From NCBI GenBank assembly GCA_043228905.1, contig JBHGNT010000020.1:14074001-14138000 (forward strand): DNA of 64,000 bases, written 5' to 3'. How positions within the stretch are numbered: position 1 is the first letter of the stretch; every line of letters starts with the position of its first letter. The stretch comes from Azolla caroliniana (taxonomy: Eukaryota; Plantae; Polypodiophyta). The notes beneath the pieces are model-generated. The model was not told where the DNA came from, ran no database searches, and saw nothing but the letters and a program-made list of their open reading frames with translations. A program made the translations under genes and the position numbers. This document shows positions 34,001 to 44,100 of this stretch, in pieces.

Positions 34001-35157
34001 AGATTCAATCGAACCTCCGGAACGTGTCGAACATCCTTCAGCAGCATCTTGCATCCGGTTGATGTCATCAGCCACACGTCTCCTATGCCGGCAATCCGGC
34101 ATGTACCTTCGTTTCCCATCCGGACACAGCCGTGCTCACCGGCTGTGTAGGATGAGAAGTATTTCTTCTCCGGGGTCAAGTGGAACGACGCTCCGGAATC
34201 GACCACCCAGGTCATCTCTACACCGGCAAGGTTCAGCTCCCTCTCTTCGGTAATGAGCATTATCTCTTCTTCACTTGCCGCGAGTGCCGTCGTTCCTTTC
34301 CGGTCCTGACCTCGCCGATCCGGACATCTCCGGTCCGTGGCTCCCCGGTATGCACCGTTTCTCTCCGGTGACTTCTTCGAATCGGTGTCGTCGGCTCCGT
34401 TGTCCTTTCGGTAATGCCGACAATTCTTCCGGAAGTGCCCCGGCTTCCCACAGTGGAAGCATGTGGGCCTTCCTCTTGACTGCGACCAGGTCCCCGACTT
34501 CTCCCGTCTTTGCGGACTCCGGTTCCATTGTCTTCCCCGATCCGATTCGGTAAGCAGCGCCTTCGGATCGGAAACCTGTTCCTTATCCCTCCGACGCGCT
34601 TCTTCGTTCAAAATGCTTGTCTTTACCGTTTGTAGAGACAAGTTATCTTCGGTGCAGGAGGTGCTGAGAGTCACCACCAAGTTCTCCCAGCTGTCCGGCA
34701 ATGTACACATCAGGATGATGGCTTGCATTGCATCCTCCAACGGGAACTTGATCGCCGCAAGCTGGTTCACGAATCCCATGAACGTGCTTACGTGTTCCAC
34801 CATATTCTCGCCGTCCCGGTACTTGAGGTTCACTATCTTCCTCATCAGGGAGGTCCGGTTCAACGCATTCTTCCTCTCGTAGAGGCCCGACAGCTTCTTC
34901 CACATCTCATATGCGTTGGTGTCGTTCGCCACATGTTGTAGGACGCTTACATCGACATATTGCCGGATCGTCGCTACGGCTTTCCGGTTCAGGAGCTTCC
35001 ACTCCGACTCTATTACTCCCTTGGGTATCTCGGCATTGTCGATCGGTTCGTACAGGTCTCGGACGATGAGAAGGTCTTCCATCTTTATCTTCCAATCGGC
35101 GTAGTTCTGTGAGTTCAACACCATCATGCCCGGAGGCCCACTACCGCCGCCTTCCAT
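31081..35157 (-). CDS. gag-pol: Gag-Pol polyprotein of Copia G (1358 aa from first ATG after PBS)
   Basis: CFHCGKPGHFRKNC, WVVDSGASFH, LWHKRLCH, ADNGGEY, LYVDDM, KHIQRRYHWIRE; no stops. Confidence 0.96.
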   Translation of the reverse strand: MEGGGSGPPGMMVLNSQNYADWKIKMEDLLIVRDLYEPIDNAEIPKGVIESEWKLLNRKAVATIRQYVDVSVLQHVANDTNAYEMWKKLSGLYERKNALNRTSLMRKIVNLKYRDGENMVEHVSTFMGFVNQLAAIKFPLEDAMQAIILMCTLPDSWENLVVTLSTSCTEDNLSLQTVKTSILNEEARRRDKEQVSDPKALLTESDRGRQWNRSPQRREKSGTWSQSRGRPTCFHCGKPGHFRKNCRHYRKDNGADDTDSKKSPERNGAYRGATDRRCPDRRGQDRKGTTALAASEEEIMLITEERELNLAGVEMTWVVDSGASFHLTPEKKYFSSYTAGEHGCVRMGNEGTCRIAGIGDVWLMTSTGCKMLLKDVRHVPEVRLNLISAGRLDDEGYTGSIRNGVMKFSKGSLIVARARKDNTLYLMNARLCPEELNVAADTAGELWHKRLCHMSEKGMKRLAEDNLIPVKHVHLEKCTDCLAGKQNRTSFHSRPPTRRSAPLELVHTDVCQVETKSHGGAQYFVTFIDDHSRKLWTAPLKTKDQVLSVFKELHARVERESGKKLKAIRADNGGEYRGQFQEYCRSKGIRLEFTVPKTSELNGLAERMNRTIMERVRSMLAHAKLPKGFWAEAMSTATYVINRSPSVPLDGDTPQRVWTGREVSYRHLKVFGCLAYVHVAKDRRGKLDPKTRPCIFLGYGDDEFGYRVWDPVDKKIFRSRDIIFMEDKTLADWESEKKMKSSKSTGEDQLYEEQSRPARDRLALEDPAEDGEETEPAEEDENDTGTGPDPEMDSDEEEESEEPVTEAPERRYPLRERRAPRRFPEPEHVLLTDEGEPESFEEAKYDTHSHRWLSAMQEEMDSLHENHTYELVELPKGKRALRNKWVFKLKPGDAGNPPRYKARIVVKGFQQKKGVDFDEIFAPVVKMTSIRTVLSIAASMDLEVEQMDVKTAFLHGDLEEEIYMQQPEGFEKKGKEHLVCRLKKSLYGLKQAPRQWYRKFDSFMTDEGYHKTQSDHCVFVKKFEGGDSLILLLYVDDMLIVGRDQVKIRMLKKALHRTFSMKDLGPARQILGMHIIRNRKKKQLWLSQEKYVTKVLHRFNMSEARPVGSTLPANCKLSSKQSPKTKAEKEDMMKVPYASAVGSLMYAMVCTRPDIGYAVGVVSRYMSNSGKEHWNAVKWILRYLKGTANVCLRFGSGKPELDGFTDSDMSADADTSRSTSGYVMTYAGGAVSWQSRLQKTVALSTTEAEYMAVVEAGKEIIWMKDFIRELGIRQEEYRLYCDSQSAIHLAKNAAYHSRTKHIQRRYHWIRERIEDKELVLTKVRTDENGSDMLTKVLTPDKLETCRKRIGLERHPMPK

Positions 35158-35188
35158 TTTCTGTGTTACCGTCGCTCTGATACCAATT

Positions 35189-35451
35189 TGTTGTAAAACA
35201 GTGCTCGGCCACAACCGAGGAATAGGATTACCTCACAGAAAACAGGAAATACAAAATGCACGAAGACAATAGAGAGGAGGGTACACAGGGTGTTTACGTG
35301 GAAACCCTAAATGGGAAAAACCACGGGAGTCCTCAGACTCCAACTATCAGTATGAACAGAGATGTACAATGGTGAAGCTACAAGGCAACAACCTTGAGTT
35401 CACTGTCTTCGCCACAGGCGGCGGTAATACACAGAGGCAACGACCTCTTCG

Positions 35452-35482
<31 letters not shown>

Positions 35483-35875
35483 AGGCTGCTCTCACTTCGC
35501 ATGAAACATGAGCAACAACATAAAACTGTTTGCCCTAAGTCATATTTATACATATATGACTTTCGGGCTATTTACAAATATAGCCTCAAGGGCCCTTGGC
35601 AAACATATTCACAAATATGTCCCCGCATCCGGATCTCTCTCTCCGGGTACATACGTCATCCGGCTCCGTAACCGGGGTCTTCAGCATCCGGCTTCGTAAC
35701 CGGGGTCTTCAGCATCCGGCTCCGTAGCCGGGGTCTTCGTCATCCGGCTCCGTAACCGGGGTCTTCAGCATCCGGCTCCGTAGCCGGGGTCTTCGTCATC
35801 CGGCTCCGTAATCGCAACCGGGCTTGCCGTCATTCATCTCCGGACATCCCATCCGGAGGGACCGAAATCCCAACA
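35189..35875 (-). repeat. 5' LTR of Copia G
   Basis: Adjacent to the PBS complement GCTCTGATACCA. Confidence 0.97.
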
Positions 35876-35880
35876 CGGTA

Positions 35881-36551
35881 AGAGGAGAGCTGGAAGAAGA
35901 GGAGACAAGAAGATGAAGGAAGCCGAGTCGACGAAGGAAGTCGACACATCCGAACAAGTCGGAGCAAGCGGCTGTGAAGAAGAGTTGTGCACTCAAGAAG
36001 AGAAGTGCATGGTGTGCGGAGGTCATCACGACGGTACTGACCATGATGCGGAGTTGAATGAAGAATTTGATTTCGGTTCACCAGCTGAAGAAGCCGAGGG
36101 AAGCATGGAGAAGGCCAAGACTCGGAAGTGGTCTGATGTGGTGAGAGGCCTGAAGCCGGAAGTCGAATCGGAGTGTACCGATTCGGACAAGAGCTGGAAC
36201 GAGTCGGAGACAGCTGACTCGGATCAACAGATGGATCTGGATGAGTCGGATCGACTGAAGGCCAAAGGGACACGGACACAGCGGAAGTCGATGCCATTGT
36301 GGGAGAACCGACGGATCGGCAAGCGCCGGAGTCACAGCAGCGTGAGTGCTGAGATGGGCCTATTGAGCAGACATGCCGACCGAGAGGGTCGAGGCGCGCA
36401 GAACGAAAGGGGTCGCGGCAAATGGGACCGGACCGGACGAGGAGCGCGAGCAAGGCAGAGTGACGCCAGGAGAAGTCGGTTGGAAGAACTGACTGTCACA
36501 GAGGTCGACACTACGACACCACCTCAGGTTGAGCTGGAGGGGGAGTGTTGA
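35881..36551 (+). pseudogene. C-terminal extension of Copia F Pol downstream of RNase H
   Basis: Removing G and one TSD joins ...KTVEPIG-KRRAGRRGDKK-MKEAES... in frame; ends ELEGEC* over the PPT/LTR boundary. Confidence 0.75.
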
Positions 36552-36905
36552 GTGGCAAGCTCAACCGGAGCCGGATCGGCTGAATAAGCCGGAGCCGGTA
36601 AGCGAGACGGATCGGGCGAAACGGATCGGTATGACGGTGAGCAACCAAACCGGCAAGCAGTGGAGGCCGGGTGCAATCCGTAACCGGAAGTCCAATCGGA
36701 AGCCTAGTATAGGATAGACTACTAGGTAGCTATAGTCTCGTAGTAAGTGTTAGATGATCGTGTGAGCATTGAAGTACATGGTACTTCTGTCAGTCCCAAG
36801 AGGACTTGTATAAATAGTGCTACTTAGCACAATGTGTGTACAGAGTCTTGAAATAATTTTGAAATTGTGTTCTGCTCTCTCTGTCTCTCTGTCTCTCTGT
36901 CTGTC

Positions 36906-36955
<50 letters not shown>

Positions 36956-36994
36956 GTTCTCTGTTTTACGCTTCCGCAAACACTCACGTTTACA
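36546..36994 (+). repeat. 3' LTR of Copia F (14-bp duplication and longer CT tract relative to 5' LTR)
   Basis: Followed by TSD GTCCC. Confidence 0.94.
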
Positions 36995-38476
36995 GTCCCG
37001 TAGTCACGCTTCGATCCGGCCCACGATGGCCACTTGCGAGACTCTTGTTCCGTCCTAGGTGTGCCTTTTCGGCCGGACACCTCCCCGGGTTTGCCCTACC
37101 GGCTCCTTCCGCTACCGTAACCGGCCAGTAAGGGCTCCGCACTTCGTCCGTCCCGTCTTACGCCACCTTCCTTCTCCCACGGTGTTACGTTGCCACGTTG
37201 GACGAACAGCCGGGGTCTCCGGAACCGGTGTGAAGATCCCATAGGACCGGTCTTCGTTTCGTTGCTTGCTGAAACTCAGGGTGTCTTTGTTTGAGTCCCT
37301 CCCGGATTCTCCTTGTGTCTTCCGCGTAGTCGGGTCCCGTTTCCCACCACCACCAACCTCTCTCGGTCTCATGTTGCCACGTTGGCCGAACTGCCGGAGT
37401 CTCTGGTTTGGTGTGGGGATCCCGTAGGACCAGACTTCCTTACGCCCACTCACCTTGCCGGAAGGTTTGAGAGGGTCCGTAGCCGCCTTGCCGGCCTGAT
37501 ACCTTCTTTCTCTGCTTCCGTCGTCCGATCACGTTCACCTGCCGCCACTGATCTCCCCTATAGGACTCACGTCGGCACTCGGGCCGACTGCCGGATCAGT
37601 GTGAGGATCTTCGTGGGACCGCGGTTTGCCCGCCCTTGTCCCCCCGCCGCCACCGTCAGTATCTTGGTCTTACGCCGACCGCGCTGCCAACTACCGAAGT
37701 CTCTAGATTCGGTGTGAAGGATCCTCCTTGGGCTCCTCGTATCCTTAACCCTTATCCTGGGTCTTCCTTCTTTCGCAAGTCGAGAGGGTGGCTCACTCCA
37801 CACCCTCTCCTGTGGTACCGACGTACCGTGTTCCCGGCCTCTTCGTAGGCCTGCTCTCTTCCTCCCTCCTGGAATGGGTTTCCGGAAGTCCGCTCCGCCC
37901 GGTTCTCGTCCGGGTCCGTCCGTCATTCTCTGGATTGCTGGGTCTCAGTGTGAAGATCTCCTGGGACCGGTCTTCGTTCCCCGCACTTCTCCCGAACTCG
38001 TCGTCGCTCTCCTTGCTGCGTTCCCGCCTCAATCTTCCTTCTCTTTGGTCTTACGTTGCCACGTTGGCCGAACAACCGAAGTCTTCGGATAGGATGTGGC
38101 GTAACCGATTTCGCAACGTCTTTCAGCAACTCGTCCGAGCCACCGCCCCTTTTAGTGGTGTTGGTGGATAGCATCCGCTCTGTGATCAATCAAGCCCCGC
38201 CTAAGCTTGATCCTCCAATGTCCGGAGTTTCGGCTCCGATGCCGACCTTGCCAGACTCGTTCTGAACCTCTGACCACCCTCCTTCCAATTCCCGACCTTC
38301 GCCCGGTCGGTCTTTCTCCCCATGTAAAAGAGGGCGGCTCGTTCCGCACCCTCTCCTGTATCGGCACCTTTATGCCGAATCCGGCCCTGATCGAACAATC
38401 CACGACCGGATTACGCTCCACCCGTATCGGAGCGTCGTGTGGTTCGGTCCCCGGTCGGGTCGTTCCTTGGTATTTC

Positions 38477-39303
38477 TCATCCATCTTCGCTGGCATCATG
38501 CCAGGACTCCTCGGTACCGTCATCCATCTCCTCGGTCTTACATGGGCATACGGGCCCGAATGCCGAGTTCTCCGGAATTGGGTTCGGGGGCTTTCGTCCG
38601 CTCCTTCCCCGTATCGTCTCGCCGGTGATTCTTGGTCTCTCGCCGCCGCCTTCCTCCTCTTGGGACTCACGTGGGCAGTTGGGCCCGACTGCCATCGTCT
38701 CGGGAGCAAGTGCGGGAAGACACAAAGAATCGCCCGTTCGTTTTACGCCCTTGTCCGTAGCCACCGACTCTTCGTGGTCGGCGGTCGTGTCCTTACTGAT
38801 TGCGCAAGCCCCGCCTGGGCTCGCTTCTCCGATGTCCGGGGCTTCGGGCTGACACGCCCGAAACCGCTGGTCCCAACTATCTGGTTCCGCGATCGGTATC
38901 TCGGCCTCGTCCTTGGCCGTTCTATCTTTGCAAGTCGAGAGGGATTTTTGTTCCGCACCCTCTCCCTTCGTACCGTCATACCAATCTCCTGCCATCGCGT
39001 GGGGCAAGTCTGTCTCCTCGGTCTCGGCTTGTGGCCTCGATCTTTCCTCTTCCTCGAGCATCGCCTCGAGAGCTGCGTACGCCTCCACAATCCTGGCCCC
39101 AACGCCGACCCTTTCCGATTCTCTTTGCCGTTCGGCCTCTTCCCATTGTGATGGTACGCCGTCGTGTGCCTTCCTCTTAGCTTTCTCGGCTCGCTCATTG
39201 TCTAGCCGTTGGCAAACCCTTCCGACCTTCGACCAGTCCTTCGTAAGCCCATTCGCTCCGTCATCGTCTTCGAGCTCAATCCCGATGGCCTCCCGTTCCA
39301 CTC
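38477..39303 (-). pseudogene. Gag-derived ORF remnant of element E
   Basis: EREAIGIELEDDDGANGLTKDWSKVGRVCQRLD aligns with C/D gag DREQVGLLLETEDGLTTDWAAVKKVCGRFD; followed by an acidic repetitive region. Confidence 0.75.
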
Positions 39304-40184
39304 CGGTCGCAGCGAACAACCTATTGATGAGAAGAATGAGCCTACGGAGAGGCAAGCGGCACGAGGATGAACCGGATCTGGGCAACATGGATAGCGACAA
39401 CGACCGGTTCGGAGCAATTGGTGACCCGGAGGACAAAGGGTAAGTGTGGGCCGGTCTTCTCCGTCAAGAGTCTATTTTGGCGCATACCGGTGGATGCGCG
39501 GTTAGGTGGGGGCGGATGTCGTGGAGAAAACTGTCCCTAGGCGGAATCGAAGAATATCGGGAGAATCAGTGGTGTGCACCATGTGCACTTACCCTTGTAA
39601 AAACGTGTGAATAGTAGGAGTTAAGTAGGGACAGAGGATCCCATGTAAATCGGGATTTATCCCACATTGTAACGCATCTCTCTCCTTGTTCTATAAAAGG
39701 AAGGGAGCGTCCTTTGTGAAGGGGTTGCCCAATTTTGAGTTATAAGGGTATACCGTTTTGTGTTTCTTTCTAGGGTTAACTACTTTCTTTCCCTTCTTCT
39801 TCTTTCCTTTCCTGCTTCGTCTCGAGGAGTCGAGCAGTAGCTATGTCGACAAGTTGTTAGGTTAGTTTCTCTTCTTCTGTGCGTAGCCGGCTCGGGGCCG
39901 TGGTTGTATCCCCCCCCCCTCTTTTGGAGGTTTCCTTCTGCTCGGTCCTGTGCAAGACCCCGCTTGGCACGACAGCCTGTGAGCTCCCCGACCGGCGGCT
40001 TGGCAACCGACTGTGGCTGTAACCTACCTTGGTCCGGCTCGAAGCCGGTTTTGTATTATTTCCCTTGTAATATACACATTTGCGTCTGTTTGTGCATATC
40101 GGTGTACTTGGTGGTGTCGGAAGCACACCCTTTTTGTTTCTTGTGCATAAGAGTCGGTGTAGCGCGCACGTGTTTTCTTTTTCT

Positions 40185-40218
<34 letters not shown>

Positions 40219-40312
40219 GTGTTCGGTCGCTTCAGGGACGCGTCCGGAATCGCCCTCTTGACATCCCTTCCTCTCTCGTCCAAGACCCTCGTGGTCCCAC
40301 CCTTCTACACGC

Positions 40313-41100
40313 TGTCGAGTTTTTACGCAAGTGCGTGTGGAAACGAGGCGGGACCGCGGGGGTCTCGAACCAAAGAGCAAGCGAGGGAGGAGAAAGAGAG
40401 AGAACCGGCTACGCAGGACCGGGAATACACAGGGACACGGCCCTTCAGCACGGAGAACGCGAACGAACACCAACACAGACAGATGCGAATGACTAAATAT
40501 ATATATCAAGAATGGCTAACACGACTACAACCCTCGATGGGGCACAGGTTGGTTACAACCGAGCAGGCCGGCGAACAGATGCCGATGCCTGTTCGCTTCG
40601 ACGCACAAGGGGTAGCCGGTCGGAGGTGCTGCCGGAAGCACTCGGGCGTTCCTCGAAACAGCGCAAGCCTCCTCGGAACCCTGCACAGAAAGCTATGGAG
40701 CTCAAGAAGGAAGGAGACAGAGAGAGAAGCGTCCAGAAACGGTCCGGCAGCACTTCGTCCTCTCTGCGCGAGATGCCTGCAACAGCTCTTTCCCCGCTCT
40801 TATATAGTCCGACGAGCAGGCCGTCATGTCAGCTTTATTCCCTGTCCCTTTCGAACAGGGATCCGCTCCGTTCTTCACGCATCCGCGTAGTTACGCCGCC
40901 GACTCGTGCCGTCCTTTAGCTCGCGCGCGCGCTCGAAAGGACTGTTCGCGCGGTCTTTGTCTCCACTTGTGTTAGGGCCCGTTCCCGCCGACTATCCTCC
41001 TAATTCGCTTCTATGTACAACTCGGAGCGTGCGCGCGTGAAGAACCGGTTCCCACGCCTTGGTGCGCCGATTCCGCCTATGGACGGTTTTCTTCACGACA
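40313..41100 (-). repeat. 3' LTR of Gypsy H
   Basis: Repeat of 46823-47610; PPT complement at 41101-41117. Confidence 0.96.
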
Positions 41101-44100
41101 TCCGCCCCCACCTAACCGTGCATCCTCCGGTATGCACCAAGAGAGTTGGGACGGAGAAAACCGGCCCGTCTTCATTTCTTCGCCCGTCGGTTCTTCCTCG
41201 TCTTCGGATCTTTCGTCACTGCTGACTAGGAGAGCTGGGTCTGGCTCGTCGTCGTGTCGCTTCTTGAACGCTTTGATCCGCTTCCCCGCAACCGGTATCG
41301 CCATTCTCGTGCCGTCGAGTTCCGTCAGGTGATATGTCCCGTTGTCATTGGCGCTCCGTACCACGTAAGGCCCGAACCACCTTCGCGCGAACTTCCATGT
41401 AGCTCGGTGCTGGTTGTCGAGGCTGCTGTCGTAGACGAGCACCCAGTCACCTTCTTCGATTTTCTTCGGTCGGAGCCGGTGCGTTCGGTCGAACCGGGCT
41501 TTGTTCTTTGTCCTCGCCACCCGGAGCTTCTCCGCAGCCAGTGCCACGTCCTCCGGTCTCCGCTCGAGCTGTCGTATACGTGCGGCCAACAACTCCTCCC
41601 GGCTCATTTCGTCCCTCCAGTCGACCGTTGCCCACGAGGAGATCGTCCGTTCTATCGGCATGATCGGCTTCTGGCCGAACATGAGCTCCGTCGGCATGTA
41701 CCCGGTTACCGAACTGTGCGTGGTCCGGTCTGCCCACAAAGCATAAGGTAGCAGCCGCGGCCAGTTTCCGACTTGGCCTCGGCATGCTCGAACCAGCGCC
41801 TTGACGATCGGTCCGTGTCCGCGCTCCACCTTTCCGTTCGCCTCCGGATTGTACGCAGTGGTGAGCGAGAGCTTGACTCCCAGCCGGTCGAACAGCTCCG
41901 CGGCTTCTTCGGCGTCCAACTCCCCTCGGTCAGCCACAATCTTCCCGACGCACCCGTACCGGCATATCACGTCCTCGATTAGGAACCGACATACGGCCGC
42001 GGTCGTTTTGTTCGGAAGGGCCCGGCCTTCCACCTGGTTCGTCAGATCCTCCCGTGCTAGGACCAGGTACCGCATCTGTCCTACCCCCATTGGCATCGTC
42101 ACCAGATCTACCATCCATTTGAAGTGGATGGTCGGAGGGTACGTAGGGTGAAGCTCATCCCGGTGTCGGACCACGGAGTGCATCTGACAGCTCTCGCAAG
42201 TTGTCACTAATCGGTGCACGTCCTGGTACAGTCCCGGCCACCAGTACTTCTCCTTTATCTTTTCGAACGTGGCCCAAGTTCCTCGGTGTCCGGCCCAAGG
42301 GCTGTCGTGGTAGGCCGTCAGCAGCTCCTCCTGTTCTTCCTTCATCGCCACCACCCGGGGCGGAGCGCCGTCCCTCTTCTTTGGGTGTTTCCATAGATAG
42401 CCATCCCGGAGAAAGAACCGGTACGCTTTCTTCCGGATCCGGTTGGCCTCGTCCTTCGTCCATGACGCATCAGGCGTCATTGTCTTCAAAAACCCACCGA
42501 TCTGCAGCCACTCCCCGTCGTACTTGCTCGCGTCGAAGTCGTTAAGCGCCGGAGTGCTTGTCCCGTCGGTTGTTACATACGCAGTCTCGAAGAAGTCCAC
42601 GCCGACCTCTTCGTCCTCCGAAACCATGCCGCCCTCGTCATCGAATCTCGCCCTTGAAAGCATGTCGGCCATGGCGTTGTCTTTCCCGGAAATGTGTCGT
42701 ATTTCCGGGTCCAGGGACTTGATGTACGCTATCCACCTGAGCATTGCCAGGTCCGGCGTCGCGCATCCGGAAATCATGCCGAGAATCGGCATGCAATCCG
42801 TCTCTATGATTACCTCTGTCCCGATCAGATAGTCCTTGTCGGCCTTCACCGCCGAAACGATACCCCAGAGTTCGCGTTTAACCTGGGCGTATCCTCGCTG
42901 CCGTTCGCTGAGGACCTTCGCGCCGAATCGGATCGGAAACCGATTGCCGTCCTCGTCTTCTTGGTTGACGACCCACCCGATTCCGGTCGGACTCGTGTCA
43001 ACCGTTATGTACATTGGAGTGCCCTTCCCGTAGACGGCCTTTCGGAGCGCCGGTGCTGCCGAAAGAGCCTCTTTCAGCTTCCGGACCGACTCCGTGTGCT
43101 TGTCTAGCCATTCGAATCTTCGCCCTTTCCTCAATAATCCGTATAGCGGCTCCGCAACGTGGGCGTAATGCGGGATCCATATGTGGTAGAATGCGCATGC
43201 CCCCAGGAATCTTCGTACTTCCGTGACCGAGCTGCAATCAGGCTTCATCGCGGAGATGGCTTCTATCTTTGCCGGAGACGGTTTCCGGCCATATGGTCCA
43301 CATAAATGTCCGACCACCATGATTTCTGACTGCCCGAACGCTGACTTCTCCCCCGAGAAGGTGAGCCTCGCATCCTCTAGCCTTTGCAGCACCTTCTCGC
43401 AGTCGTCGATGTGCGCCGTCACGAATCGCCGGCATCCGTCCGGTCCGACCGTCTCGTCCTTCTCTTCCACCGGGCACCCCTTGATCGGGATGTCGTCTAG
43501 AAACGGCATGGTGATGTTCGGGATGCAGTCCCTCAGCACCTTGTTCATCGCATTCACCATGTGGGCCACCGAGTTGGTCCCTCCTTGCGGCAGCGTACAC
43601 ATCCGCACTAGGCCGAGGGGAGTTCGCATCGTCGTAACGTCTCTGCTCTCCACGGCTAGCTGGAACTGGTCATACCCTGAGTATAGATCACCGACCGAGT
43701 AAATCGACCTTCCGGCGAAGGCCTCCGCGAACTCGTCTATGGTCGGTCCGATCCCTGCGTTCCGAATGGTCACCCTATTGACCGGCTGCAGGTCCTGAAT
43801 GAAGCGCAATGATCCGTTTTTCTTTGGTACGGTAAACCAGCGGTTTGAATACGGGGCGCTCGACGGCTCGAGAATGCCCATATCAACTTTCTGCTTCAAC
43901 AGCTCCATCAACTTCGGGATGTGAGCTCTCGGAACCGAAATTGGCTTGAGATTCCACGGTACATGCGGTACCGTGAATATCACCATCGGCTCTACGATCG
44001 TCGGGTCCACGCACCCGATTTCCTCCGGCGAGAATGCGAAGGCTTTCCCGTGCCTTCCGAGCATTCTCCGAAACCGGTCTTCCTCCGCCGGCAGCAGGAA

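Larger units (their letters stand above)
30384..35875 (-). mobile_element. Intact Tto1/Tnt1-like Ty1/copia element G
   Basis: 687-bp LTRs 30384-31070 and 35189-35875 with one difference seen; TSD CGGTA; Met PBS complement 35174-35185; PPT complement 31071-31081; single ORF. Confidence 0.97.
25579..36994 (+). mobile_element. Ty1/copia element F (relative of A/B), interrupted by Copia G
   Basis: LTRs 25579-25973 and 36546-36994; TSD GTCCC; degenerate Met PBS TGATATTAGAGC 25974-25985; PPT GGAGGGGGAG 36536-36545. Confidence 0.95.
23842..39303 (-). mobile_element. Non-autonomous gag-bearing LTR element E (5' truncated), interrupted by Copia F/G
   Basis: 3' LTR 23842-24616 with C/D-type termini; same PPT (complement 24617-24633); gag-like ORF at 38477-39303; no RT/RH/INT seen. 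Confidence 0.8.

Noticed and set aside
35158-35214. N-terminal 19 aa of the 1377-aa ORF call
   Set aside because: Runs through LTR and PBS from a non-ATG codon; J supports MEGGGSG as the start
36909-36952. (CT)n tracts and AAACCCTAA telo-boxes in several LTRs/leaders
   Set aside because: Common plant promoter/leader features; single telo-boxes are not telomeric arrays
37181-38720. CRISPR-like reading of the repeat-spacer pattern (and of the 28-bp LTR array)
   Set aside because: Repeats are degenerate, spacers irregular or absent, no cas genes, eukaryotic TE context
38207-39151. Plus-strand ORFs starting MILQCPEFR (also 54411-55121)
   Set aside because: TTG starts, antisense to the gag-homologous frame; not supportable as genes from this window
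39904-40890. 328-aa ORF (also 46639-47400)
   Set aside because: Antisense read across LTR junctions with low-complexity translation and no domain motifs
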